Shown: piece after piece, positions 50,524-63,425 of the stretch
Numbering within the stretch: position 1 is the stretch's first letter
How the letters are laid out: the number at the start of each line of letters is the position of its first letter
Assembly: GCF_021869535.1 (NCBI RefSeq)
Contig: NW_026262581.1
Coordinates: forward strand, 12,710,001-12,774,000
Length of the DNA stretch: 64,000 nt
Direction: 5' to 3'
Source of the DNA: Mytilus californianus
Lineage: Eukaryota
Translations under genes and position numbers: made by a program
Notes under the pieces: generated by a model
What the model saw: only the letters and a program-made list of their open reading frames with translations
Told to the model about the DNA's origin: nothing
Database searches by the model: none

Positions 50524-53500
50524 CTGCAAGGAAAAAAAGTAAAGTAAAGTCAGTAAATGCATATTTGATTGTATTGACAATTTGATACAAAGTATACATT
50601 AATAACTTTTATATACGATAATCCCGGGCTTGTATTTTCTATCATGATTTTCTTGATAACAGGTTGCTTCTCACAAGGAAGCTATTAAACCATGAGTTCC
50701 AAGTGGTGAAATTGAAATCGTCCCTTCGTAACTTTTACGGACGCCATCACGAGTTGGTTGACCGTTATGGAATATCCGTTTCACAGATGACCACGGATAT
50801 GTTCCAATTGTCGTAACTACAATCCTTTTCCCTTTTCCTCGAATGTGACCTATCGAATTAGACTTATCACCGGGTTTGTACTTACATGAGCAACACGACG
50901 GGTGTCACACGTGGAGCAGGATCTGCTTACCTTTCTGGAGCACCTGAGATCACCCCCAGTATTTGGTGTGGTTCGTATTGCTCAGTCATTAGTTTTCTAT
51001 GTTTTGTTTTGTGTAGTGTTGTTTGTTTGTCTTTTTCTTTTTATCCATGGCGTTGTCAGTTTATTTTCGACTTGTGAGTTTGAATGTCCCTTTGGTATCC
51101 TTCGCCTCTCTTTTAGAATATCTATGTTCCATATTTTGAAAAATGTGTAATACTAATTTTCCACTATTTACTTCACTTAACATTATTTACTAGCCGGAAA
51201 ATTCACAACAGGTGATAGTGTTACATTTTGGTAAATCTTGATACTATTTGGCGATTGTTGTATCAGTCACAACATTGCCACCACTTATAGGAAAATAAGA
51301 AGACCCCACGGAAAAAGGCGAATAAACAAATCCCTTGAGTCAAAGAATTGAGAGCCACCATTACAATGACGAAACAACTAACATGAGACCACAAAACATT
51401 GCACAGAAAAATAAATATTGTCCAGCATGACCTCAACTAAAACTGGGGATAAAATCAGATACTCTGAATGATTATTGGTTCTTGCTTCACTAGCGCATAT
51501 AATCGAAAAAATAAATTACATCATTTGAGTAGCTTTTTTGAGAGAAATCATCCCCCCTCAAACTCATTCAAAGAAATTCTGATTGGAAACACATACTTTG
51601 GAAAATTGTTGCAATATTTTATAAAGATATATTTTTAAAGCGCGGTTAGAATTATGCTGTAAAAATGAATAAGTTAACAAGTTAAATTTGATAAATACAA
51701 TCAAAAGTCAAAAGTGTTTTATTTATTCAGTGAAAAGAATATCATCTATATAGGGGGACGTAAAAGTGTGCTAACATTTTTCAATTCTTACTGTAAAAAA
51801 AACTCAAGATTGCCTTATGCAATTAAACTACCTAGTCAACTGAAAGAAGGAAAACCTTGAATTTGCAAAATTACTTCCTTTGTAACTGAATATTTACTAT
51901 CAAAACTTTCAGTGAAATCATATAATTACCCAAGAACAGATTTCTTAGTAGACAGTTTAACTCCATATACAGACAATCAATAAAAATATGAATGTAGTAG
52001 TAGTTATAAGCATCAACTTCTAATAAACACTGTACATATGTTTTAATGATATTATTAAGCATTACGAACGCACACATAAAAAAGATCGATAATGAACTGT
52101 GCTTCGTTTAGATTGCTCTTATATTAAAATTGTCAGTATTTTATAGATTTTAATAAATTTACCAAAATGTTTTCTAATTTCATATCACGATGAACCATTT
52201 TCTTCTTGTGGAGAAACTCCAATCCTCCACATATCTGGACAGCATATCTTGCAAGCTCTTCCATTTGCTCTATCTGTACAGAGTATATTTCAACTTTACC
52301 AGGGTTTTCGTACTCTGAGCTAATGAATTTATTTTTCAGGGTGTCATCGCAGTATTCCATTATCATAATCCAGTGAACCATTCTCCTGGTTTTACCACTC
52401 TGTTGCAATGTGCATCCATGATATTGTATAATATTTGGATGCTGCAGTTCCCTGAAATAAAAATGTGTACATCTGTAACATTTTGTTCTTTTGTCAATCG
52501 CCGTTTCCCGCCTTTTCCGATTAAATGTATCATTCGGCATATCGTTCTCTAACACAATGTTGCTGAAATATTGGCCACGGGACTTTAAAACCCAATAAGC
52601 AATCAATCAAATTGAAACAAACAACAAAGTGGATAATATTTCAATTATTGTAGCGACGCTTCAGTTATCAAAAAGATTATTTTACTCGTCAGAAGCGCGA
52701 TACTTCCTCTAATATACTTTAAAATTCCACTATATATGACTGAAATTGACAGCAAAAACATATTTACATTACAACAACACTGAACTGTATAGATGTGACA
52801 AATCAAACCAATATTATTTTGATATCGGCTAAGAAAAAAATACCTCAATGTTCTATCTTCTAATAAAATGTCCGATATAACCTTTTCCGACAATGGATCT
52901 TTGCAATACTTCAGTGCAACTTTTTCATTCTGGTTAGGTAGTTTAAGTTGACCTTTGAAAACGTCTGCAAAACTTCCACTTCCTAAAAGATCATCTCTGT
53001 CCCATTCAACGTCACTTAATCTGTAATCCATGTCCATGATGTAATATACATAAAACAAATCCAGTTCTCCTTGAATTGTGTGACCTGAGGAAATAAATTG
53101 TGGATACATCTTCCTCATCTTGTCGTCTGTATCTCTTACACTGTGTGTAATTTTTTCAAGAAGCTGACTATCTGCTTTGAGAAATTCTGGTATTTTCTTG
53201 GCAATTTCATCCACACCTTTTACCAATTTGCCCAGATAGTTTGAAATTTTGTCTTGTAATTCATTTCCCTGAAAAATTGACTCAATAAACATGACTGTTG
53301 CCTCTGCCATTTTCTTTGTATTATTATCTTTCTTGTAAGCTTTGAATATTTCTCTAAATTTTTTGTTACTGGCTATAACTGAACCAACAGCTCCTACCGC
53401 TCCTCCTAAGCCTCTTACGTCATCATCAACACCATCTCGCTTTGCTTTTCTCCATAGGGCTTTTACTGGTGCTTGCTTCTTCATTGATTTGTGGAGGTCG

Positions 53501-56500
53501 TTTATTATCTTTTTATCCTGTTCTCCGAGAAGAGTACCTTTTAATGAACGAAAATATGTTCTTGAATTCGTGATATATTCAATGAATAGAAAAAAAATTT
53601 TAATCAATTTAAATCATCTGTTGTATCAAATTGTAAAATGTTCTTTTTGCTAAATTTGAAATCTAAAAATTAAAATTAAAAAAAAATCTAAAATTTATGC
53701 AAATACGGTGAAAATAAATTCGTCTTTGCGTGTTTTCTAACATGCTTGTATGGTTATATGATAATTAAGAGTACATGTCAAATAAAACCATAAACACATA
53801 TTCTGCAGTTAATGGGAACCCAAACATAATGGAGACACAAATCGGAGATCTATGATCTTTTATAGAAGTGAAGATCCCAATTTGCATATTTTTAACATCA
53901 TTTGCTGTGGGTTTTTATTTAATCATACTGTTATCATCGTAAAATATAAAAACCAGACCTGTCCTTTTCACAAAAAGGAAAAATGTATTATCTGCCATTT
54001 TATAAAATGTCCGCTTACAGAAATTTTCAAATTAGTTAATTTTCAAAAATACAAATAATGATTATGAAAGAATTTACCTTCTATTGTTATGATTTGGTCC
54101 TCTAGTAGTTCACAATCTCGTTTAAATTTCTTTATCATCTTCTCTTTTAGTGAGTGGATAATTCGTTGTTCCTTTTCCCATCTATTTAACTCTACTGCAA
54201 CTTTACTTGCAATTCTTTCGGCTGCTTCCTTTGCCAACTTCTTAGAATCATCAGGAGGTGGACATTCAACCTGGTTCCAGTCAGTCAATGTGCTGAGCAT
54301 GTTCCGTGACCTTAACACGTCAGCTGTTGTTTTGTGCAAATCTGTTATCTCATACTGTAGTCCTTTTCTCAGATCATCAATTGTATGTCTTGATTTCGCC
54401 TCTAAGGCGTCCATATTACGTTTGATTCCGTCCATCTTTTTGGTCATTTCTTCTTTGTCTACAGCGTCTAATGTTTTAGATACTTTCAGTGAGTAATTAG
54501 CTCTTTTTAGAATCTGTGACAACCACCTATTATTGAAAATAAAATTTCATAATAATCACTATCAGTCTCGAGAAAGTTACGATAGAACAACTGGGTCGTA
54601 AGGATGGAGATCAGCACGTCCTCATTAATTGTATATGTGTTAGTTCATGGACACAGTCTTAAGTAACGAACTTAGTTGTAGAAGGGGATTTATATTTCGA
54701 TCCTTTCTAAAATATAATCAAAACTTCTAGCTCGTTGACAACGTTAAGGTTTCTTGCAGTAATATAGTTACACGAATATATATCACAGTCTCACGAACTA
54801 CGGGTGTATTTTCAATAGTTGGACTATAGCTTTTATCAAACTAATTGCAATTATCAAGTATATTGACGGTTGTAATGTTCAAACATGGTTGCCTCAATTC
54901 ATTGATTTTACTGAATTACTTATCTTACACCTAAAAAACGACTATCATCTATTGCTGCTTAAGTTGGTAATGAAAACGCCATCCTAGATATGCGCCCGTT
55001 TTGCAGTGAAGTCTCGGATTTCAATTTTAACACTAGTAATTAAAAGAAAAAAGATTTACTGTGGAAGAATTCGGATTAATAGACTTATTTTTTCATAGGA
55101 ATTGCTCTTCCGAGATCATTCTCAGTTTTTGATTGGGTTCGTGATGCTCAGTCTATAGTTTTCTATGTTGTGTTTCGTAGACTGTTGCTTGTATTTTCGT
55201 CGTTTTTGTTGTTTTGTTTGCAATGGCGTTGTCAGTTTGTATGTGACTTAGAATATCCCTTTTGTATATTCCGCCTTTCTTATATTGATAAAAGTTATAA
55301 TTGTACTGTTGTTCAATCACTGTTACAGTGTTCATATTCATTTCATAGTGACTAACATGTTCTCGTCCTGAAATGTATGTTAGATTTTTCACTGGATGTT
55401 AAACATCAGTCAAATCAACCATCACAGATCAGGAACCTCTTCAGTAGTTGTAGTACGTCATATCTTAATGTTCTTCGTTATCTGGAGAGTTGGTGTTGAT
55501 GGCTGATCATTATTGATTGTCTCTTTTAATTTTAATCAACTTTTAAAGACTCGGGACGAAATTGTTTTGACACCTGTCTATTGTTCAAGAATGTATGGTA
55601 ATTTTTCCTTTGGCCTTCGAGTGAGTTAACTTCTGCTAATTTTAGAGGAGTGCATAAACTGAATGAAATTTTAGTTATTTCACTTTCCAATCCAAGTTTT
55701 ACATTTGACATGTGTCATAGCCCATCAATGTTACAAATCATATATAGCCGTGCCTTACTAATTTACATTTTTAATTCACTCAAAGCTACGCTTTTCGTTA
55801 ATTAAATAAGTTTATTCGTAAAACGCGTGCTATATATATATATATATATCTTGTATAGATATCGTTTGATTATTTTTGTTATTGGGTTGCTTTTTTATTA
55901 ACGAGTAACCAACATCTCCTTTTATTCAATTGAAGATGTGAATATGTAGGATATACATGAATGAGACACATTACATGTCTCCTTAATTAGTTTGTGTATA
56001 GTTATTTTGTTTCTCCACTTTCTCATTTTGGCATGCTTTGTTATTGAATAATTTGTTTATACTTATAATTACCGATAATGCGAATTGAGCTGTTGACGTA
56101 AACTAGCTGGAAACAATCGCTGCAGTCCATTGGATATAAAATCTTCATGACCAGAATTTATGGTTCCGAATTCTATTGCACGTTTGGCCTAAATATAAGA
56201 AACACCATATTGATAACACCGACCAAAAACGAGTAAAGGACTACATTTTCTACAAGTACATATACACTGTAGAAACTGAATTTGAATTTTGAGCATCTGT
56301 AAACATTTTGTAGTATACCTTCTTTTTTTCCAACAATCCGCAATCAGGAAGTCGTTATCCAGAAGATTTAAGATTGAATGCATTGTAGAACTTAATATGA
56401 TCGAGCTTCTGATCAAAATAGCCATACGGAAGTTCTGAAAATCAGACATACGGTGCGAGTAAACATTATCTATTTCAAGCCAAAATGTGTAATCTCTTCT

Positions 56501-59500
56501 TTTGATACAAGTTAAAACAAACTTCGTCAAAAAGTTTTATGTTCGACTGAAATAGTAAAACTTCTATCATTGGCAAGCTGTAATAGCAGTAACGATACCA
56601 ATTGTACTGCACCAGGTGCGCATTTCGACAAAACAATGTCAAATCAGTGATGCTTGAGGCTGAAATACTTGAAAACCCAAATTTATAGCGTGTACATGTC
56701 AGAACTGCATGGATTTCATCTATCAATTTCTAAACCAAATATTAAATCAGCCCATTTAAAAAAGGAAAGAAAAATATACCAAAAATGTCTAATTTAGTGG
56801 GTACAGTTAAAATAAAACCCTTTGCCAACAAATACGTGACATCACGACAAAACATAAATTCGCATACACGAACTATAGCTAAACATCATTAAGCTCAAAA
56901 CAACTGATATGACTGGTGTAACTATTCTTTTTAAATTAAACCCAAGAAAACCTTTGCAAAAACTTTATGTTCATTGGATAGTTATATATCACGTTAGTAT
57001 CAGCATCAAATAGATGCATTGTTTATCTGAAAATCGATTAATTGGTTCAACTGAGAATTGAGTTGAACTTGAGGCGAAAGGACGAATGGACAGACTAATG
57101 CAGTATACCGCCACTCTAAAAGTGAATCTGTAATTAAAATTGTCGGAGAAAATCTTCATATTAAATACAAAAATCCTTAATAAGTTTTATAATTAAAGTT
57201 TACTATAAAAATTTTATGTTGACCTCAAATTTCTTGTATTGATATTAATTCTCTGAGATATTACCTCTGTGGTTGAAAAGTAATATATTTGCTCTTGTCG
57301 AAGTCCCTGAAATATTTGTTCCAATCGGTACACAATTCCCCGCTTTATTTCTTCCCTGTCCTTAGGTGGTACGACATCCCATTTATTGCAAATGAATAAA
57401 GTGGACGACGGACTGAAATCTTCTTCTGAAGAGTTGACTATATTTCTTAGAAAATCTTTCAACTAAAATATACAAAGTATTGATAATTACAAATTATGTC
57501 AGCACTACGGCAGATACAACAGGATATGTGTTGCGGGTTGCCATTCAAAACAATTGATTTTGCAATGCATCAGATTTTTTCTACCGTTCCTTTTGACATT
57601 TCAATACGATGGATTTTGCAAAATGTACGAAAGATTTTGATATGTTTAACCCATTGCATCTGCAGTACCGATAGTCGATAACAGGGTGAAAAGTATAATC
57701 GACAAATTTTCAGTTTTACAAAACTGTATAGCTGCTTCACATATCTTCAACGTTTCCTAGGGAAATGCTTTGCTTCCTTTAAGATTACACCATTTCTATA
57801 ACTGGTGTCTAAGTTTGTAGGCTGTTTTTTTCTAATTTACCAGTAAGATATCATAAATTTGTCATGAATATTGTAACATCAAATGAGACTTATATTTAAA
57901 AATAACTTCCTTCTTAATTTATTAAGAGTTTGTCAGCATACATCAAGTCTCATTGTACTATTTTGTCAAACTGGCACTTGTACTATAGTCTTAGGCTAGA
58001 ACTGTACTAAACTCTGATTTATTAATTTGATCAAGTTAACACAATTTATTCTTGAATACAATTGTCATTCTTTTTATTATTCTGATAATATACTGTTATA
58101 AACATATCTTTTGATACGGTTTTGTACTTTTCCTACTTATGTGGGTTTTTTTAAAACTATTACAGTTACTTTAGAGTAGATGGCTTTTCTTGTTCTGATC
58201 TTTAATCTATAGGTATACACTTTTAATGTACATGTTTTATTCCACTGATCGAAATTAATAAAGGGAAACATAAAGGTATAAGAAACAAGAAAAAATAAAA
58301 CTAACCCCCGCAATATGTCAATTTACATGACTATTGTCCTAAGTAAAAAACTCTTAGTTTTTATCTGAAGTTTTTGTCATTTGGGAAACTTGGTTTTGAT
58401 GACAGATTTTTGAAAGTTTCTCGTATATATTCACAAATTCTTTTAGACTCGATGCGTTTAGTGCTCGATATCTTGTGAAGACAGCTGTCTTTTGTTGAAG
58501 ACCTTATGCTTACATGTAGATATCTTATTTTTTCTTTCTTTTGTGTATTTTTTTCATTAGCGCACACCCAATATCTCCTTTTATTCATTGAAGAAACCAT
58601 GTGAATGTATAAAACCTGATAGGTACATTACAAATAAGTTTTATGGTTCAAAAATTTTAAATTTCATGCGTCCAAAGAGAGGTGAAATTCAATCAGAAAC
58701 ACTTCTAGGACATTAATGAGTTATCAACCATTTCTTACCCGTCCTCTCTGAACACCGCCTGCATTAGCAGTATTCACAACATAAATAAATCCACACGATT
58801 TTGAGAGGTACTTTTTAAGTGATTTGTGTATCTGGTTGTCACCGAATCCAGGAGTATCTATTATCACCAGACCTTCCTGGAAAAAACCCAGTAAATTGGA
58901 AATTTTGTATCATTACTTATTACAATATACTTGTACATTCAACATATTATACAGTAAAAAAAAATTGTAAACGGCATTATGAAATATTTCATCTGATCAT
59001 CCATGACCTTTACAATAAACCCACATGTTCTCTTTTTCCTAAAACGGCAACGCTTTTAAACATTGCCATTTAAATTTAAATAATAAAATCCAATTGCGTA
59101 ACAAGACTTAAATTGCTAATAAGAAAACAAATTACATAGCCGCATAAAGGCCGGTTCAATGCAAACATTTTAATATCATGTAGTCATAAATCACATCTAG
59201 TAATAAAATCATCGTAAAAGTGGGTTAATATACTCATATCTTTTGCAATCACAAGTCAATAAGAGAGTTTCTTTTTAGTAGAAAAGTCAGCTGCAACTTC
59301 AGGTTTACGCATCTTACAACTGTGGACAAGATATCCAGTAAAACCTATTTGTTAAATTGAAATTAGAAACCAAATCAATTGGCAGAAAATTTGAAGACAT
59401 TATTTTTTTAAAGAGATACCTCTGAAATAAAGAAAATATACCTCGACTTGATCCTTGATACACTCAGCAAAAGTTAAAATTCGGCACAGTTGCCGTTTGA

Positions 59501-62500
59501 TACGTTTGAAGTATCTCTCATAATTAATTGAAAAATTAAACTGTTATATAAGAAGCAAAACTTGAGTGAATAAAAGATTGAAAAAAAAACGTGTATCTTG
59601 ATAAGCACGAAATTTTATTTGAAATAGTGTATATTTTTACAATTTCATATATCCCATTACAACATACCTCAATTATATCAGTCGGCCAATATATTTCAAT
59701 TTTATCGTACGGATTGTCACCATAATCGTCTTCATATACTATTTCTCTTCTTAACCTTTCTTGTCCTTCCTTGGTACTTAGATCTATCTCTGATCTCTGT
59801 CCGCCATTAGACCCAAAGCAGATTGCCTTCTTTCGACCATCTTTGCTCTTCCGTATTTCACAGACTGTTTGTGTGCATTTAATACCACTTGTAGGAAGAA
59901 TGTCGGCTTCCAGCAATAAGTTTATAAGACTACTTTTTCCTGATGTTGCCTCTCCTAGAAAAAGATGACTTAGAGCTCATTGTTGTGCAAAAATATATTG
60001 AGGTTTTGAAACTTTTAGTGATGCTCAAGCTGAAGAAATCAATATAACAATTACTTCAATGTATTATCATAACATGCATAAGAAAAAAAGAACATCATTT
60101 GATGCACATGCCTGGCGCATAATTCTCGTGTACTTCAAAAAAAAAAGGAAAATTCATCAAAGACCAAGCGCTTTCATTACTGATTACAACTCACAGCAAG
60201 ACATGTAACCAAGGTCAAAAGCCCATGCGTCAACTAAAATGATACCTTTTGATATTATAATCGAAATCCACTTCATACGTTATCAAAGAAATGCTTGCAA
60301 GAGTAACCAATGAATTGCACTGATGGGGTTTTCACCACTTATTTCATTTTTGAATGAAGTTTAATATCAGAAAAATCTTAAAAAGAGACTCAATGTCCAT
60401 GATGGACACTGGTTTTATTTTGTAAATAATATCTAGTAGCAAATTTGACTTGCAGTAATGCATGGCTATGCTTTTGTAGAAGCTGTACATATTGTTAGTT
60501 TAGTTGAAAATGTTGTACAATATGCCATTAATGTTCGTCGTCTGTATTCATGTATTACCGAACTATTCTGCTCGAAATGCATTGTGTCAGGGGCAAAGTG
60601 TTGTTTATTTAGCTTAATTTAAAACAAAAGAACATGCATTTATATTATTATATACCTGCAACAAGAATGTTACATTCAGGTGATGACAATTCGGATCGCT
60701 TCAAATGAGCAGTCTTTTCAATGTCTGGAAAGATATTATTCAAATCTTGTTGGAAGTTGACAGGTAGTTCTTTATAAAAGTTCACGACTTTGTCATACAG
60801 TTTCATTAATTTCTCTCTATTTCCTCTGTGATATTGCAATGCTTCTTGTAAAACTGTTCCTCCCTGAAAAGTTTTTAAAAATATGCATAAAAATAAGTAA
60901 GTTATATATATAATGTCCAACCTTTTTTAAGGAAATAATTGGTAACACAGTCTTCTTCGTGTGATTATTTTGTGCAATGGTAAAGATTATTGTTCATTCG
61001 ATTATTTAATTTCAAATAGATGAGAGCTAATTTTAAAAGTGTAAATTGCGGAAATTAAAGTCAGCTTGTTCGTTTTACAATACATATACAATACAATAGC
61101 GAAAACATCACTCAATCTGCTATTTTACAGAAAATTTTGTTTTTGTTTAAAACCAATATGATTTGTTGAATGTGCAAACGGTTCAAAAATTTTCGAGATG
61201 ATATTTACATCGAAGAACCTGCACGCAGCAAAATAAAACTACAAGTTGTGCAAATGCACCTGTTACATGATTCATTGTTGGTTGCTTAACGTCCAGTGGC
61301 AAATATTTCATGCATTTTTAGGACGACACATGTTACATGTGCAGTGGTTATTAATTTTTTTACAATAAGCTTCCGTGCTATAAGTTGCGGCGAAAAATTA
61401 TTGTCCGTAATGTTCAGGCGATTCTCAGTGATACTTTTATACCAGATGTAGGTTGTGTAACGAGACAACCGTGCACTGACCTGTATACCTGTATCAAGTC
61501 ACTAGAATTTTAGACCACTACTGACCAGTATACATGTACTAAGTCAGTAGAACAAAAAACAACTATTGTCCAGAATGCATGTACAATGCCAGTCGGACAA
61601 CAGACAACAATATTTCTACAAGGTCAGTAGAACTAAAGCCATCTAACGATTAATATATCTGTATAAGTTCAGTATAACTAAAGACATCCACTGACCAATA
61701 TGTATGTACAAGGTCAGTGGAACTAAAGTAATATCTGACCAGTATACTTGTACCAAGTCAGTAGAACTAAAGACAGCATGCATACATGCACAAGAATCAA
61801 ACATGATGTAAAATATATGTTTTTTTTTCAGTGCATAATGAATTCTCAAGTTATCTTCTATGTTATACTCACACTTTGCTTATGTATGTATATAGAATGC
61901 ATGAAAATAAAAATACGAATAGATAAAAAAAAAGATGAATACTAAAGTGCAAGGTCATGAAAAAAGTCAAAAACGAAAAGATCATTGGCAAAAAAGAGAC
62001 AGCACGAAAAAATGAAGTGAATAGGAATTATATGTCCTTACTCTCATTATTTCACCTCTATCTAAATTACGGAATAAAATTGGTATACGTTTGGCTGAAA
62101 TTTAGAAACGTCATATAGAAATCAATATCTCAAAGTATATAAGTAAAAAAAGTATTCATGCTTAATCAAATGAAGCATAGCTTAATTAAAATTCACACGT
62201 TGATGCTTCAGAATAATTTTCAATGATCAGCAGAGTGTCTGACTTAAATTTTAATTTATTAAGATCGATGAACTGTCACTTTTTGAGTACAATTAGTCTG
62301 GGACTTCCCCCAACAATTTGAATATAATTCTGAAATCTGCTACCTTTAAACACATTAGTAACGATAAAAAGGCGAAATAGTCTCAATGTTCCGAATGACT
62401 GATTCTTTAGAAAACGGTTAAAACATTGACTAGTATCGTGTTGCAGTGATTGTAATTTGTCATGTCATGTGAGTTATTCGCCTACAGAGATATAAAAAAA

Positions 62501-62996
62501 ACATAGTGTGGATACATAATTTATCATTTTAAACCTATCACTATATAAATAGTCTTCTCGTTCCCATCAGTATAAATATACCGACAGAAGCAAGCATGAT
62601 TCAAATATATTCTTATTTTTAAACACACCAAAAACAGACCGAATTATCGAAAAGTTTGCTAGAATTTAGGTTTCTATCTTAGGTGCATCACTGTCATATT
62701 CTTTTTATTGCATTTTCAAACCAATAAAAACAAACAATTTAACACACGCATTCATAAGACTAATGAATTTGTATACATAAAGGTCGAAATCAGTTAAAAT
62801 AAAATCTTACCGTTTTTCTATCTTTGGGTGCAACAGCTCCATTTTCTTTATAAAATTTGACTAGTTCTGATACGAAAATATCTTTATTTGCAGTTTTTGG
62901 TGCTTTTATTCCCCACTGTTTAAAAAGTTTCATCATGGACGATATATCTTTCAGTTGTAAAATGTCTTCTACATTGTTGATTTGTATTTCTGCCAT
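50119..62996 (-). CDS. Gene C: complete 10-exon, 989-aa N-terminal module + dynamin-like GTPase + helical stalk + protein kinase fusion
   Basis: Exons 62811-62996, 60656-60863, 59668-59954, 58739-58876, 57265-57462, 56073-56188, 54078-54526, 52844-53537, 52163-52451, 50119-50523. Total 2970 nt, in frame, all introns GT-AG; same motifs as B. Confidence 0.93.
50614..51114 (+). mobile_element. Penelope-like 3' fragment in gene C intron 9 (shorter related pieces near 49480-49830 and 55095-55280)
   Basis: Aligns with 7530-8035 and 35300-35781, ending ttcgcctctctttt. Confidence 0.88.
52163..52451 (-). CDS. Gene C exon 9 (kinase)
   Basis: ttcag|(R)ELQHPNIIQYHGC...HRDMKLENIL|gtaaat; 289 nt. Confidence 0.94.
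52844..53537 (-). CDS. Gene C exon 8 (stalk + kinase N-lobe start)
   Basis: aaaag|(G)TLLGEQDKK...LLGSGSFADVFKG...VALKYC...LLEDRTL(R)|gtattt; 694 nt. Confidence 0.94.
54078..54526 (-). CDS. Gene C exon 7 (helical stalk)
   Basis: aatag|WLSQILKRANYSLK...QIITIE G|gtaaat; 449 nt. Confidence 0.93.
56073..56188 (-). CDS. Gene C exon 6
   Basis: Not in ORF track. tttag|AKRAIEFGTINSGHEDFISNGLQRLFPASLRQQLNSHY(R)|gtaatt; 116 nt. Confidence 0.92.
57265..57462 (-). CDS. Gene C exon 5 (G4)
   Basis: tttag|LKDFLRNIVN...TLFICNKWDVVP...YFSTTE|gtaata. Confidence 0.93.
58739..58876 (-). CDS. Gene C exon 4 (G3)
   Basis: Not in ORF track. tccag|EGLVIIDTPGFGDNQIHKSLKKYLSKSCGFIYVVNTANAGGVQRGR|gtaaga. Confidence 0.93.
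59668..59954 (-). CDS. Gene C exon 3 (P-loop, G2)
   Basis: tctag|(G)EATSGKSSLINLLL...YWPTDIIE|gtatgt; 287 nt. Confidence 0.95.
60656..60863 (-). CDS. Gene C exon 2
   Basis: ttcag|GGTVLQEALQYHRGN...PECNILVA G|gtatat; 55/69 identical to B. Confidence 0.92.
61472..61790. repeat. ~45-bp minisatellite with internally palindromic unit, gene C intron 1
   Basis: About 7 diverged copies of ccactgaccagtatacatgtacaaggtcagtagaactaaagac (ctgacc...ggtcag dyad). Confidence 0.8.
62811..62996 (-). CDS. Gene C exon 1 (62-aa N-terminal module, divergent type)
   Basis: CAAGATGG start, MAEIQINNVEDILQLKDISSMMKLFKQWGIK...KDRKT|gtaaga, phase 0; same 186-nt size as exon 1 of A and B. Confidence 0.82.
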
Positions 62997-63425
62997 CTTG
63001 TCTTGTCCGTGGTCAGTAAATTCTTTCACGTGTGCTGTAATAAGAAAGTCTTGAGATTCTTTATAATTGCTCCATAATCCGATTCTGTGAAAATGGGTGA
63101 ATTTTGGTCACAGTGGTTAAATCAAACTTCCTTATTGTAAAAAAAAATACAGAATTATTTATAAGAAGTGTAAAAACCTATGCGCAGTCGCTGTAAATAT
63201 GAAATGGTATTTAAGTTGTTTGCTTGAAATTTTAGCCTCACAAAACCCGTTTAAACGACAATACTATATTTGTTTTGAATATACGGATCAGTTATGAAGA
63301 TCAACAAAAATGAATGTTTAATATGTTGTCTATAACACGTGCCATAGACATTTAAACTAAAATATCAGCTTATGACTTATATTCAACTGCATTCAATATA
63401 AATCGTTGTAAACCATTTATACGAA

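Noticed and set aside
58361-58600. 79-aa ORF in gene C intron 4 as an extra exon
   Set aside because: Exons 4 and 5 already join in phase 0, genes A and B have no counterpart, and composition is low-complexity Lys-rich.
62300-62309. NF-kB consensus site GGGACTTCCC in gene C intron 1
   Set aside because: It is a single degenerate 10-mer; a rough estimate gives 1-2 chance matches in 64 kb at this base composition, and there is no equivalent seen in A or B.
13047-62996. Assigning the symbol DSTYK (or MAP3K7) to genes B and C
   Set aside because: The overall architecture is reminiscent, but the kinase motifs (GSGSF, VALKYC, DVG) do not match what I recall of DSTYK; a phylogeny is needed, so the symbol is left blank.
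836-62996. Recent horizontal transfer or bacterial contamination as the source of the dynamin-like domain
   Set aside because: Nine spliceosomal introns with conserved phases and embedding among animal transposons argue against it; an ancient origin cannot be judged from this window.
843-63054. Plus-strand ORFs at 843, 3372, 13369, 16267, 19487, 28389, 50187, 53342, 54089, 59771 and 62857
   Set aside because: They are antisense shadows of the minus-strand exons of genes A, B and C and carry no independent motifs.
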